Positions 1 to 11,807 of a stretch of 64,000 nucleotides of DNA are shown here, piece by piece. The stretch spans positions 219,296,001-219,360,000 of the forward strand of contig NC_058368.1 of NCBI RefSeq assembly GCF_018350175.1. Direction: 5' to 3'. This stretch comes from Felis catus (taxonomy: Eukaryota). The position numbers and the translations under genes are program-made. The first letter of the stretch is position 1. Each line of letters starts with the position of its first letter. The notes beneath the pieces are model-generated. The model was not told the origin of the DNA. It saw nothing but the letters and a program-made list of their open reading frames with translations, and made no database searches.

Positions 1-153
1 ATGGAATTTTTATACCCTTTTTATCCCCTTGGCTACTGATGCACTGATATTTTGGCACTCTCGGTAAGATCACAGAGCTTTTCTGCAGTGCATTTTATTT
101 TTAGAAAACTTCACTCGCTTTATCTGCTTCTGTCATCTTCCACACAGGTGACA

Positions 154-154
<1 letters not shown>

Positions 155-207
<53 letters not shown>
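155..207. repeat. (CA)n microsatellite
   Basis: Uninterrupted AC dinucleotide run. Confidence 0.97.
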
Positions 208-208
<1 letters not shown>

Positions 209-1734
209 GAGGAGAAAGTAGAGAAAATCCCTCCTTTTTTAGATGTACTTTTAAGGCGTTACAGAGTTTTTTCTCTTCTGTACTAAGCAAACTGAGGTTC
301 AAAATCCTGTCCAAAGTTTCAGGAAGGCACATACTCTGACAAATAAACTTCATTACAGATATATTTAGAATGCATCATTACAACTTTGCTATTTTACTTA
401 AATAATAATCCCTCAAAGGACCTTACTATTAATGACAATAATTAATGCTTATGTCATTTTGGTTCTTCAAATCGTATTCAATCATTTTTTTATCTTATAC
501 TGCCTCTAATTGATACAATTTTATAGATGTGGTGAATGAATTTTTTTCATAGTGAAAGATATCAGTGAACCGTATGTGACGCTTAAATCCACTCACTTTG
601 ATTTCCAACAATTTTGTTAGCACCCCCCTAAAAAAAAGAATATATGTTATTACGACATATATAAAACTCTTAATAAAACTTGAAACTAGTTCAGAATTAT
701 ACTTCAAACTACCCTCCAATTTTCCCAATGGGGAAATGGAAAGAAAAAGCAGGGAAGATTTAGCAATTCAATGAATGGGAGTGGGAGGCCCTTTGCACAC
801 AGCTTTCAGGATAACAAGGACTCTGATTCTAGACACATAGAAAATGCTTTGATACAATTTGTTAGATCAATAAAAAATGAATTAATGAATGTTTTGCACA
901 AGGAAATTTTTGAAAAGAACAAGATTACTCCTTCAAAACTGTGGGCTCCTACCTTTGAACAATAATCTCTTGAGTATCAAGGCAGCTCTTTCTTTGATGA
1001 AATAGTTGTCAGTCTCCATCCACTAAATACCCTCTAAGTACAGCAAACCAATGTCTGGCACCACTATAGTACTATTTATCAATTATTTACATATTTTCAG
1101 TTTTTGAAAATTCCTAAAACAGCAAACAAATAAATCACATGAGTTCTTGTATCTTTCACAGAGTTCCCATTAACCTTTTACTTTTAGACAGAGTCCGTCT
1201 TATGAAGTTAGCCAAGCCGGAACTGTTAAATACATTTTACTAAATGTGCCTGTAAATATTGCACTGGGGCTTAGGAGATTCTTTTGACAGATGAGATCAC
1301 AGTATCGAATTAAGCAAGTATGCTGTATTTAACACCACTTTAACAAGTATTGTACCTTGAAATCAATTTTCTATTTCATGACCTGGACCCTTGAAAGTTG
1401 GCCGTAGAAAGTAGTTAAGATGCACATTTCTTTATGTTCACTATGAGGCTTTATTTCCACTAAAGAGACATCTGATGTGAAATTGTTTCTCAGAGAGTAC
1501 CTAATACAAGAATGACACAACTCAAAGCGTTCGTTTGTTTGTTTGTTTGTTTCAGATAGGATACTCTGTTGAAAGAGGAATGTGATTTTAGATAACTCAG
1601 CATTAAAGTGGTTTAAGGGAATATTGAGTTCAAAATGCCTTCGAGATGACTACCAGAATATGTTTATGTATAAACATTTAGAAATGATGCTCAGAACCAC
1701 AGGCAGATATGCTTGAGCAAAAAAAAAATCACTA

Positions 1735-2045
1735 CCTCTGCCATGACTATCACAGGTCACTCGGGTGCGCTGCTCCCAGGATTGTGACTTGCTTTGTATT
1801 CTGTGATGCTATCAGTGTTCACACCACTGCTGCTACCTGAGGAACCCAGTGATGCAATCATTGATTTCTGCATTATGGACAAACTTCTACAGCTACCTTT
1901 GTTGACAACGTTGGTTCACATAGAGGCACCTCCCCCGAGATGCTCATGTTGGAACTGAATCTTCACCTGAGTGAATCTGATTGGTGAAGCCTAGACCATG
2001 TGCCTGTGACCAGCATGTGAAGGAGGTAGTGAAAGAACATTTGCG
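1735..2045. mobile_element. Ancient MaLR LTR fragment (MLT1-like)
   Basis: Motif atctgattggtgaagcctagaccatgtgcc...aaggaggtagtgaaag resembles the old MLT1 core; highly diverged. Confidence 0.45.
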
Positions 2046-2786
2046 GGATCTACTTTGAGAAGAAAGTGTTAATATACTTGAATAATTCCAAGATATAATA
2101 AGGGTTTCCAAATGTATTGGAAAAATGGAAACTATAATTACAATTACAAACTACAATTACTTGAAAGGCTTTATTGCAGTTATAATACATACACGTTTCA
2201 TGTGTCAAGTCAATATACCTATCCATAATAATCAATACGATTGCTACTAACTTGCATTTATATAGCCCTTTGCAATTAGTACAATTTATATTGACTAACT
2301 ACACCTTTTATTTTTTCAACAACCCTGGGAGATAGAACATGGAATCAAGTCTACACTCTAGCACAGAGTTCTTAATATCTGAACCATGTATGTTTGGTGT
2401 ACCCAAGATGTTTTCAGATATATAAGGAAAAAGTTTTTCTACAATGATACTAGACTATCATTTACCTTTTTACTGTGTTGATATTTGGTCTCAAGGTACA
2501 AAAGCAAGTAAAAGTATTGGTGTCTTCATACAAATCCAAGGCAGTGAAGACAAACTTACACTACCAGTCTTTCTATTATTTACCTCCATAGAATTGTAGG
2601 AGAAAAAAAATTGTAATTGTTGAAGCACTAAAAAATAGGATTGATTTATTAAGCAGTGATCTTTGAGTATATGTCTTTTTAACATTATGTATTATAAAAT
2701 TAGAAGTTATGAAGAAAGCACTCGAGTGATGGAGCTTCAAGCTGAACTAGACAACTTTTCCCTCTTTGAACAGCATTTTTATTTTA

Positions 2787-3271
2787 TTTTATTTTATTTT
2801 ATTTTAAAAAAGTATTTTAGGGGCGCCTGGGTGGCCCAGTCGGTTAAGCGTCCGACTTCAGCCAGGTCACGATCTCGCGGTCCGTGAGTTCGAGCCCCGC
2901 GTCAGGCTCTGGGCTGATGGCTCGGAGCCTGGAGCCTGTTTCTGATTCTGTGGCTCCCTCTCTCTCTGCCCCTCCCCCGTTCATGCTCTGTCTCTCTCTG
3001 TCCCAAAAATAAATAAACGTTGAAAAAAAAATTAAAAAAAAAAAGTATTTTAAGTAGGACTTTAACTTTTTTTTTTTTTTTTAATCTTGGGAGAGACAGA
3101 GACAGTGTGAGTAGGAGAAGGGCAGAGAGAGGAAGAGAGAGAATCTCAAGCAAGCTCTGTGATGACAGAACGGAGCCTGATATGGGGCTTAAACTCACAA
3201 AACCTTGAGATCATGACCTGAGCTGAAACCAAGAGTCAGACACTCAACCAACTCAGCCATCCAAGTGCCCC
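2787..3271 (-). mobile_element. Older CAN-SINE with an extended tail that hosts a younger SINE
   Basis: SINE body about 3080-3271; perfect 15-bp TSD agcatttttatttta at 2772-2786 and 3272-3286. Confidence 0.9.
2820..3038 (+). mobile_element. Young feline CAN-SINE (SINEC_Fc type)
   Basis: ggggcgcctgggtgg head with A/B boxes, CpGs intact, CT-rich region, AATAAA and A tail; 14-bp TSD aaaaaagtatttta at 2806-2819 and 3039-3052. Confidence 0.97.
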
Positions 3272-3815
3272 AGCATTTTTATTTTAAAGAATAGCTTACA
3301 ATCTTATTATTGTCACTCAGACTTGGGTACATGGCTGATATTTTCTAGAAAATGAACAAAATGACTGTTCCACTCAAAGTAAAATAGCTAAAAGTATATG
3401 TTGCCAGTGATAAAATTTGAATTTTTGTGCAAATCAAAATTTTGGAAAACGTGTATTCATTATTATAAGCTTGACAGACTTCCAGTACTTGTAGTCTGTT
3501 CTGACAAGGTCAGTGATTATGTAAATGGACACATTTAAAAAATTGTTTATAATTAAATGTATTGATGTTTGGAAGGTTTGCAATTCAGTGAGCCAATATT
3601 TTCCAGTTGGCAAATGTACAGCTTGCAAAATCATATGCAGGTAATATATCCATTTAAATGCAAGATAGACCAATGAATTTTAATGTACTAGAAGATGAAG
3701 AGTTTACTGATATGTTTGCAGATCACAGATTGCAATTAAACTTTAAGAAACTACCTTTTGTGGAGTTTTGGTGTAGTATCAAAGAAGAGTATCTAGCATC
3801 ACCTAAAGGTATTAT

Positions 3816-4237
3816 TGAGAAATGCCTGTCATAAAGAACATCATGTTTTGACTAAAAACAGGTATTCTATCAACCCCTACTTGTTCCAGAATAGTTGGCT
3901 ATAGAGAACTCTTTGCTCTAAAGATTGAACAACTTTTTTCTCTTTTGAAATATCTCCAAATTGCTCATCTGTCCACTTGCAACCAACCAAGGTGAGGAAA
4001 ATGTAATTGAAGACCAAGTAGAAAGTTTTCAGTGCTTCTAGAAATTCCATCTAATAGATCACCTGCCAATCAGAGACTCTCTCAGGATCTCCATTTCCTT
4101 CACAAACTGATCCTTCCTTGAAACAAATTTGAACTCTGCTGAAAGGAGCATAGTCACAGATGGGTTCTTTTAAGGCCGCAAGCTCATGAAGAAACAGGCT
4201 TCACTAATTTTGTCTCAAGTTAGTTTTATCTTTGACA
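3816..4237 (+). mobile_element. Solo LTR, probably ERV1 class (MER34-like)
   Basis: 422 bp interrupting Charlie1, TG...CA termini (tgagaaatg...tttgaca), 4-bp TSD ttat at 3812-3815 and 4238-4241. Confidence 0.7.
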
Positions 4238-5644
4238 TTATTAAAATACCTCTCTCTTTTCCAACTACAGTTTTATGTGAAGCTGAATTTTCTTCATATA
4301 CTTCAACCAAAACAACATATTGTAACAGATTGAATGCAGAAGACTATATATGAGAATCCAGCTAGCTAGCCTCTAATAAACCAAATATGTAAGAGATTTG
4401 CAAAAATGTGGGAAAATACTACTCCTCTTACCAACTGTTTTTGGTTTGGAAAATATATTTTTAGAATGGTCCATTATTTGGGTCAGCATGTAATGGGTTA
4501 ATCTTGATTTTTTAAAATAAATCAGTTGATATGTTCAATCTCTGTTTTAATTTCTCATACGGAAAATTATAAAAGGCATAAGTCATAAGACAAATTTCTT
4601 TGTGGTCCTCAATCTTAAGAGTACAGAAAGATCTTGAAACAAAAACTTTTGAGCACTCTCCTAGCCTTTCATTAAGGGTTCTAGTTCCTGTAAACATATG
4701 CATTTTCTTATAAAAAGTAATTATAATAAAAATCATCATGTTCTTAAAATCTTTGGCATTAGACCCTTGTCTCTGTCACAATTGTCAGGCGGAATGCCTA
4801 GTGTTCGCAGTGTCATCAAATAAAAACAAGATAGCTGCATATCAGAGAGTAAAAATTGATGACACTTCAAATAGGCAAGGGGATAAATTCAATAAAATAC
4901 TGTATTGCATTTATTAACATCTAGTTTATATTTAAGTTATGGTGGTACTGACGATAATTTTTAAAAAATCCAAGAAGGAAAAGGATGAAAACAAAAAACA
5001 GTGATTTATAAAAACGATGCAGCACCAGGACTTTTCCCTCACATTTCTGCAATTACTGAAACTTGTATTCACATTTTGTTGGATTCTACAGTTACAGCTG
5101 TATGCCATGGAAATGTATTTCTTATTTACTTCACAAGAGTACTTTTATAATGGAACAATTAACAACCCACAAATTGTTAATTCCTTGTTAGTATGAAACC
5201 ATCTGGTGTCAAATTCTATACACAAGGGTGGGATTTGAAACAGACGTGCTCCCCGCAACATGTTGTGTTAATCACCAGTGAAACCTGATGAAAATAATCT
5301 TCTGTTTTTAGAAATGCAGCTATTATTTTAGACAGTTTTTTTGAGGGGAGGTGGGGGAAGGGTATAATGTTTATTTCACTTGAACCTATATTGGAATTTC
5401 ATTAAGGTGTTTGTGTCAGGGGCAATAATACCCATTTCAGCAGCTTTACATGGTAAAATGCACGAGACGCTTCATATTTATCCAGGGCACATGCAGAACA
5501 TGATCTTATTTGCAGAACTGTGGTGTTTTACATAATGTTTTAGAGTATTTTTTACATTTAAAAATGATCTAAAATACGTATGCCCAGTGTGACTAAAAGT
5601 AGAATGGTAGGAAGCATGAAAATACCAAAAATGTAATTGTTTAT

Positions 5645-5862
5645 TTTACTTTTTAACTTTTTAATATTTTAATTATTTTGAGAGAGACAGAGAATGAGCA
5701 CGAGCAGGTTAGAGGCAGAGACAGAGGCAGAGAGAGATTTTCAAACAGGCTCCGTGCCGTCAGCACAGAGCCTGACGTGGGGCTTGATCTCACGAAGTGT
5801 GACATCATTACCTGAGCCATAACCAAGAGTCGGAGACTTAACTGCTGAGCCACCAGGTGCCC
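5645..5862 (-). mobile_element. CAN-SINE
   Basis: Reverse SINE: T-rich tail, GA-rich region, head ...gagccaccaggtgccc. Confidence 0.93.
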
Positions 5863-6378
5863 TGTAGTTATTTCTTAGTTAAGTCTACATATAAGAGATC
5901 ATTTAAATCTTGATCAAGCTTCAGGTATATCACAGAGCAGATATGCTAGTCCCATCATTTTGTCATTCTTTACATTTTATTTTGGTGCCTAAATTTTAGT
6001 TCATCCTGTTTATTATGTTGACCCAATTATGTATTCATTAATGATTTCTGCATATCCACAATCTAGATATTTCCACCCTTTCCAATGGACATGGTAAAAG
6101 GTTTGGATAACTTGGGAAGTTTTCACTGTACAGAAGGTGCTTCTTTTTCGATTACAGGCACAATTTAGCAAGCTTCCCGGAATTTCTGGAAAAGATGGTT
6201 ATTTTAAAAGTAATTCTTAAAAATCCCCTTACCTGTAGTACACTTAAAAACAACCAAAAATCAGGAGGCATTATTTAGAAGAAAACCCAAAACTTTATTA
6301 TATTGTAATCATTAAACAGCATCTGTTATTTGCAGTACAGTATAAGAAACGTGATGTAAAAGGATTTTCCGAGCAATC

Positions 6379-6590
6379 TTTTTTTAAATTTTTTAACGTT
6401 TATTTATTTTTTGAGAGACAAAGAGAGACAGAGTGTGAGCAGAGGAGGGGCAGAGAGAGAGGGAGACACAGAACTGGAACAGGCTCTAGGTGTCCGCACA
6501 AAGCGCAGTAGGGGCTCCAACTCAGGAACTGTGAGATCATGACCTGAGCCGAAGTCAGACGCTTAACCGACTGAGCCACCCAGGCGCCCC
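6379..6590 (-). mobile_element. CAN-SINE (SINEC_Fc type), no TSD evident
   Basis: Head ...ctgagccacccaggcgcccc and T-rich tail; flanks do not match each other. Confidence 0.93.
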
Positions 6591-7278
6591 AACCTGTAGT
6601 TTTTCTAGTACAACTCAAGGTGCTGTGCTGAAGGATGTGAGCCAGAATATGAAGTACACAACTAAGTCTATCCTGTAGTTTGGAGTATGGGTTAGAGGCA
6701 AGGCCAAACTGCTGGGAGTGTTGGCAGGATACTTACTGCCATCAGTAATGAAAGAGGGGAGGAAAAAAAAAAACACCACTTTGCCAAAATACACATGAAA
6801 AACATGTCTCATATCTAGCTTCCTCTCTTGGAGGAATGAGGCCCGGAGATGAGCTATCTTTGCAGCTACGTAACAAATCTTATAGAAGACAGGAGCAGGT
6901 GCTGGTATATATTGCCAAATGTTTATAACAATTTCACCACATGGATGTGTCTCTTCCAAGATAAGCCCCCTATCTGGGGCAGCCCCAAGAATAGCCCTAT
7001 GACTGAAATATCTGTGTCATCCATCCTGCCCAGTCCGATGTCCCCTCTCCCCTGAAATCATCTGCATGCAGTCTGGGCCTTCCATGTTCTTCTTCCAAGC
7101 ACGTGTGGACATCAAACTTCTTACCTCAAAACGTCCTGAAGAATGTAGCTGAGGACAGAGCAGGAGCTAGAAATGATAGCTGTCTGGAATAGCTACAGGA
7201 CAACCCTTGACTTTTTTTAGTTCTTATTGTGTTTGAGCCGAAGTCTTGCATCTGGTTCTTCATTTGGAAGTTTTACCA

Positions 7279-7747
7279 GGTGCATTCATTTTCTATAGCT
7301 CCTGCGAAAAATTAAAACACGTTGAGTGGTTTCTAATGACACAAAAGTGTTATCTTACAGCCCTTTAGGCCACAAGTGGGTCACAGGTCTCACAGCTCTC
7401 ACAAGATGTCTCCATAGCTGTATTCCCTTCTGGGGCCTCCAGGGGAGAATCTGTGTCCTTGCCTTTTCTAGCTTCCCACATACCTTCACACACAGCCCCT
7501 TACCTTTTACCTCCATCTTCAGCAATGTTGCACCTCTTGATTATTTTTCCATAGTCACATCTCCTCACTACATCTGGGAAAATTTTTTTTTTCATTTCAA
7601 GACCCATATGATTAGACTAGGCCCAGGTAGGTAATTCAGGAAGATCTCAAAGTTCTTAACCAAATCTGTATTTTTTTTCCATGTAAGGTAATATATTCAC
7701 AGGTACGGGGATTAGAAATTAAGCATCTTTGGGGGCCATTATTCTAG
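7279..7747 (-). mobile_element. MaLR LTR (MLT1C/D-like)
   Basis: ggggagaatctgtgtccttgccttttctagcttc and atgtaaggtaatatattcacagg...ctttgggggccattattct are MLT1 motifs in reverse. Confidence 0.8.
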
Positions 7748-7773
7748 TAATTATTCTAGAGGAAAATACTTTT

Positions 7774-7811
7774 TTTAAGTTTATTTTTATTTTATTTTTA
7801 TTATCATTATT

Positions 7812-7843
<32 letters not shown>

Positions 7844-8007
7844 CAAGGGAGGGGTACAGAAAGAGAAAGGGAGAGAGAAAATCTCAAGCAGGCTCCACAC
7901 TGTCAGTGCAGAGCCCAATGAGATGCTCTATCCCATGAACCATGAGACCATGACCTGAGCTGAAATCAAAAGTCAGACATTGAACTGACTGAGCTACCCA
8001 GGCACCA
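7774..8007 (-). mobile_element. CAN-SINE
   Basis: Reverse SINE; TSD gaaaatactttt at 7762-7773 and 8008-8019. Confidence 0.94.
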
Positions 8008-8652
8008 GAAAATACTTTTGTTTCTATCTGAAAACAAATTTTAGTTTACTTTATTTCCATAAAGTATCTCTATTTTAAGATTTACTTATGATACCATTAG
8101 CAAAATTAAACAGTAAGATTACAATTGGTTGTATTTATAATAAGCATCTCCTTTTACAGTTCAGTCAAGCTCTCAAGTTTTACTTTCCTTTGTAAGGGGT
8201 GATGCAAATGGCTATGGAACTTAAAATTGAGTTTGATGGGTCCATTTTAAGTTCTCTTAATTGCGATGATCCAATGATCTGCAAAGTTTGTGTATTAAAG
8301 ACCACATTTCACAGGCACTTATGTACCAAAGATGTGAATCCAAATATCTACTGACAAAACCTCAGATAAATTGTGACCTCATCAGAGGTTTCCTTTCTAA
8401 AACTCCACTAGCTTCTCAATCTCAATTTTATTACTCTTCACAGCATGGTTCTCTATCAAAAATTATAGTTTGCTTATTTGATCATTGTCTTCCACACCCA
8501 TGTTCCAAAATATATTAATTCCAACTACATACAAAATCCAGCAACCCTTTCAGACTCTGTACTTGTAATGGTGATTCCTTTCAATTACTCAGGAAATAAA
8601 AATTAAAATAAACAAATGTAACTGATAAACATCATAACTTTTTGAGAAAGGA

Positions 8653-8885
8653 GGGGCATGTGGGTGGCTCAGTCAGTTAAGTATCTGTTTTCAGCTCAGG
8701 TCATGATCTCATGGCTCATGAGTTTGAACCCCACATCGGGATCTGTGCTGAGAGCACAGAGCCTGGAGTCTGCTTTAGATTCTGTCTCCCTCGCTCTCTG
8801 CCCCTCCCCAACTCATGCTCTGTCTCTCAGTCTCTCAAAAATAAATAAACAGTAAAAAAATAAATAAATAAAAAATTAAAAAAAA
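8653..8885 (+). mobile_element. CAN-SINE
   Basis: SINE head, CT region and A tail; TSD ...tttgagaaagga. Confidence 0.94.
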
Positions 8886-9002
8886 AACTTTGAGAAAGGA
8901 ATATTTTACTTTATTATAAAAACTTAATATGATTACATAGTTTCCAACTTGTTAATACAAATTTGTTTTTGAAAATATTCGAATTTGCTCCTTATATATA
9001 TC

Positions 9003-9190
9003 TTTTTTAATTTAATTTTTGAGAGAAAGCACAAGTGGGGAAAGGGCAGAGGGAGAGGGAGAGAGAGAATATTAAGCAGATTCCACGCACAGTGCAGGGC
9101 CTGATGCAGGGCTCGATCTCACCACAGTGGGATCATGACCTGAGCTGAAATCAAGAGTTGGATGCTTAACTGACTGAGCCCCCCAGGCAC
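9003..9190 (-). mobile_element. CAN-SINE (shorter, older type)
   Basis: gatcatgacctgagctgaaatcaagagttggatgcttaactgactgagcc. Confidence 0.92.
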
Positions 9191-9577
9191 TTACCCTTTA
9201 TATTAATACCATATAATAAAGAGTGTATGACTAGTGAAACTATAACTAAAAAAGTGATCAATGTATGATTAGAAAGCATGTTTGATCATTTCTAAACCAG
9301 GTAATATCATGAAAAGACAAGAATAATTTCCCTACTTTGAAGTACATGTCTAGTTAGAGAAAATAACTTTCTGTTCTGTTTCCATTTAACATTGTTATTT
9401 CATATTATATTGAACCTAGTGTAGGAAGAAAGATGTTTCTCTGAAACAGAAAGATGAAAATATTTCCATGTCTATAAGTTGAGTGATATTTTATTGAAAA
9501 TAGAATAACTGGGAAAATCAGTAAACCGTGACTGGTATTTAGCTTCTTCTTTGTCTTGAAATTCATTCCATATTGTT

Positions 9578-9812
9578 TTTTTAATTTTTTTTGTTTGATA
9601 ATTTTCTTTTGTTTTTTTAAATTTATTTTGAAAGAGATGGATACTTTGGGAATGGGGGAGGGGAAGAGAGAGGGAGACAGAGAATCCCAAGCAGGCTCTG
9701 CACTGTCAGCATGGAGACTGATGTGGGGCTTGAACTCATGAAACCATGAGATCATGGCCTGAGCAGAAACCAAGAGTTGGATGCTTAACCAACTGAGCCA
9801 CCCAGGTGCCCC
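9578..9812 (-). mobile_element. CAN-SINE
   Basis: Reverse SINE head ends ...cccaggtgcccc; degenerate TSD atat(t/a)gttttt. Confidence 0.93.
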
Positions 9813-10873
9813 AATATAGTTTTTTTTTCCTGTTTTTTTAAAGGAAAAATAGGGCTTAGGACTCTGCTGATGTTCACATCGACGGTACCATGCAAGCTGA
9901 CAGAGATCAAGGACACAAGAACTTCTAAATAAGGACACAAGCCTTGTGAGAACTAAATTCTGTGGAAAAAAATGTTAATGAAGGTTACATCATAATCAAA
10001 GAGTTTCCATACTTGGTATAGTATAAAATTTCATGAAATTTAGAGAAACACAGAGACAATCATTCTACAAGACAGTTACCCAGTGTATTGGTTTTCATTT
10101 AACCCAAATTTCCTCTCTTCCCTCCAATTCTAGACCTTCCAAGTACCAAATGCAATATACAAAATATCAACACAGAGATTACCCACTTATAATTTCTATA
10201 AGAAATATCCAAAATTACCCACATAAACAAGAAGAAAAAAATGCAAGTCCAATAACAATATTTTAGATAAAAGATTAGCCACAGATAGAACCACATGTCC
10301 TCCAAGATAAGTAAACTGAAGGAAAAACACAGCAACAAAAGTCAATCTCCAATAGTTCCTTTTCAAATGCAGCAAAGAAAAATGGGAAACAGGAAATGTC
10401 AGACAGTGGAGAGATGAATAACATGTCTTGGATGCATTACAACAGGAATAAAATGAAATTGCAGACTAAAATGAGTCATTCTCTCAGGAATTCTCCAAGA
10501 AAAAAGTGTATTCTTAAAAACAAGGAGTGATAAAGTAATAGAATGCAATGAAAAGAGAATTTATGAGAGGAATTAAGGTGGGGATGCTATTGTACTGTTT
10601 GGAAATATGATCAAGAACAGCAGGGAGCAGAATTAAATCACCAAAACAAATCACAGAAATTGGGAACCTGTTTGAGGAAAACATCTCACCAATGTTTGAG
10701 GGGAAAAATACAAATTATTTAGAAGCATAAAACAAAATTATAATTTAGGAACATAACCAAAGGAAAATATAGAGATTGTTGGTGTACCTGATCAAGAGAA
10801 TTGCTAACAACAAAAACAGCAAATCCAAATTTTATCAGCCTTTCCTGATTTGAATGACCATGAGTTTAAATGT

Positions 10874-11059
10874 CTCAGTCAGTTAAGCATCGGTCTTTGG
10901 CTCAGGACATGATCTCGCAGTCCATGAGTTCAAGCCCAGCATCAGGCCCTGTGCTAACAGCTCAGAGCCTGGAGCCTGCTTCTGATTCTGTGTCTCCTTC
11001 TCTCTGCCTCTTGCATTCTGTCTCTCTCTCAAAATAATAAATAAACATTAAAAAAAAAA
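10874..11059 (+). mobile_element. CAN-SINE lacking its first ~15-20 nt
   Basis: Begins ctcagtcagttaagc; normal body and tail; no TSD seen. Confidence 0.9.
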
Positions 11060-11100
11060 TTATTCCGAGAAAGGCAAAAAGGAAAGAGAAAAACTGTAGG

Positions 11101-11148
11101 TAGATGATAGATCAGATAGGCAGATGGATAGATAATAGATAGATAGAT
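11101..11148. repeat. Degenerate (GATA)n microsatellite
   Basis: tagatgatagatcagatag...gatagatagata. Confidence 0.75.
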
Positions 11149-11610
11149 AAACTTGGTAAAGTTGCCAAACTTAAAGTTTAGAAAGAAACTTTAAAAATAC
11201 AGAAACAAACAAACAAACAAACAAAATCCAGAGACCATTTCAGATGAATCTGGTCACCTAAAAAGCAACAAAACAAAACAGAAAAACAACAGCAAACAAA
11301 AAACACAAAGTCACACCATCCTTGTCTTTCTCCTTGGGAGTATTAGATGCAGAAGTCAAAGGAACAGGGTCTGTAGATTTCTGAAGAAGGAAAGATTGAG
11401 ATGAATTCTATACTAAGATAAGTTATTATTCATGATTGAGCAAATAGAAACAAAATTTAAAGGGATTTAAGGAATACTGTGCCTTTGATTACTAAAAAGT
11501 CAATTGAAGAGTTAAGCCACCCAACAGAAAAGTACATCTCAATAATGGAAACATAAATGGCAAAGCAATTTAGAGAAGTCAGTGAATTTAGAAATGAAAT
11601 CAATCTATAA

Positions 11611-11807
11611 TTTTTTTAATGTTTCTTTTTGAGAGAGAGAGACAGAGTAGGAGGAGGGGATGGGCAGAGAGAGAGGGAGACACAGAATCCCAAAGCGGGC
11701 TCCAGGCTCTGAGCTGTCAGCCCAGAGTCCATCGTGGGGCTCAAACCATGAGATCATGACCTGAGCTGAAGCCGGAAGCTTAACTGGATAAGCCACCCAG
11801 GAGCCCC
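11611..11807 (-). mobile_element. CAN-SINE (SINEC_Fc type)
   Basis: Reverse SINE; degenerate TSD agaaat..aatcaat. Confidence 0.93.

Larger units (their letters stand above)
2364..4660 (+). mobile_element. Charlie1-type hAT DNA transposon fossil, interrupted by two SINEs and a solo LTR
   Basis: Starts cagagttctt after a ctctagca target-like 8-mer. Long resemblance to Charlie1 transposase DNA (gctgaactag; cagacttgggta; gagttttggtgtagtatcaaagaag; cttcaaccaaaacaacatattgtaacagattgaatgcagaag). Ends tttgagcactct. Confidence 0.85.

Noticed and set aside
52..353. 95-aa and 77-aa ORFs with THTH/VCVC runs
   Set aside because: Artefacts of the (CA)n microsatellite.
2820..2900. tRNA-like A/B boxes here and in about 30 other places
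   Set aside because: These are tRNA-derived CAN-SINE heads, not tRNA genes.
9405..9938. 177-aa minus-strand ORF
   Set aside because: Reads through a SINE and its A tail (GAPGWLSWLS... is a SINE translation).
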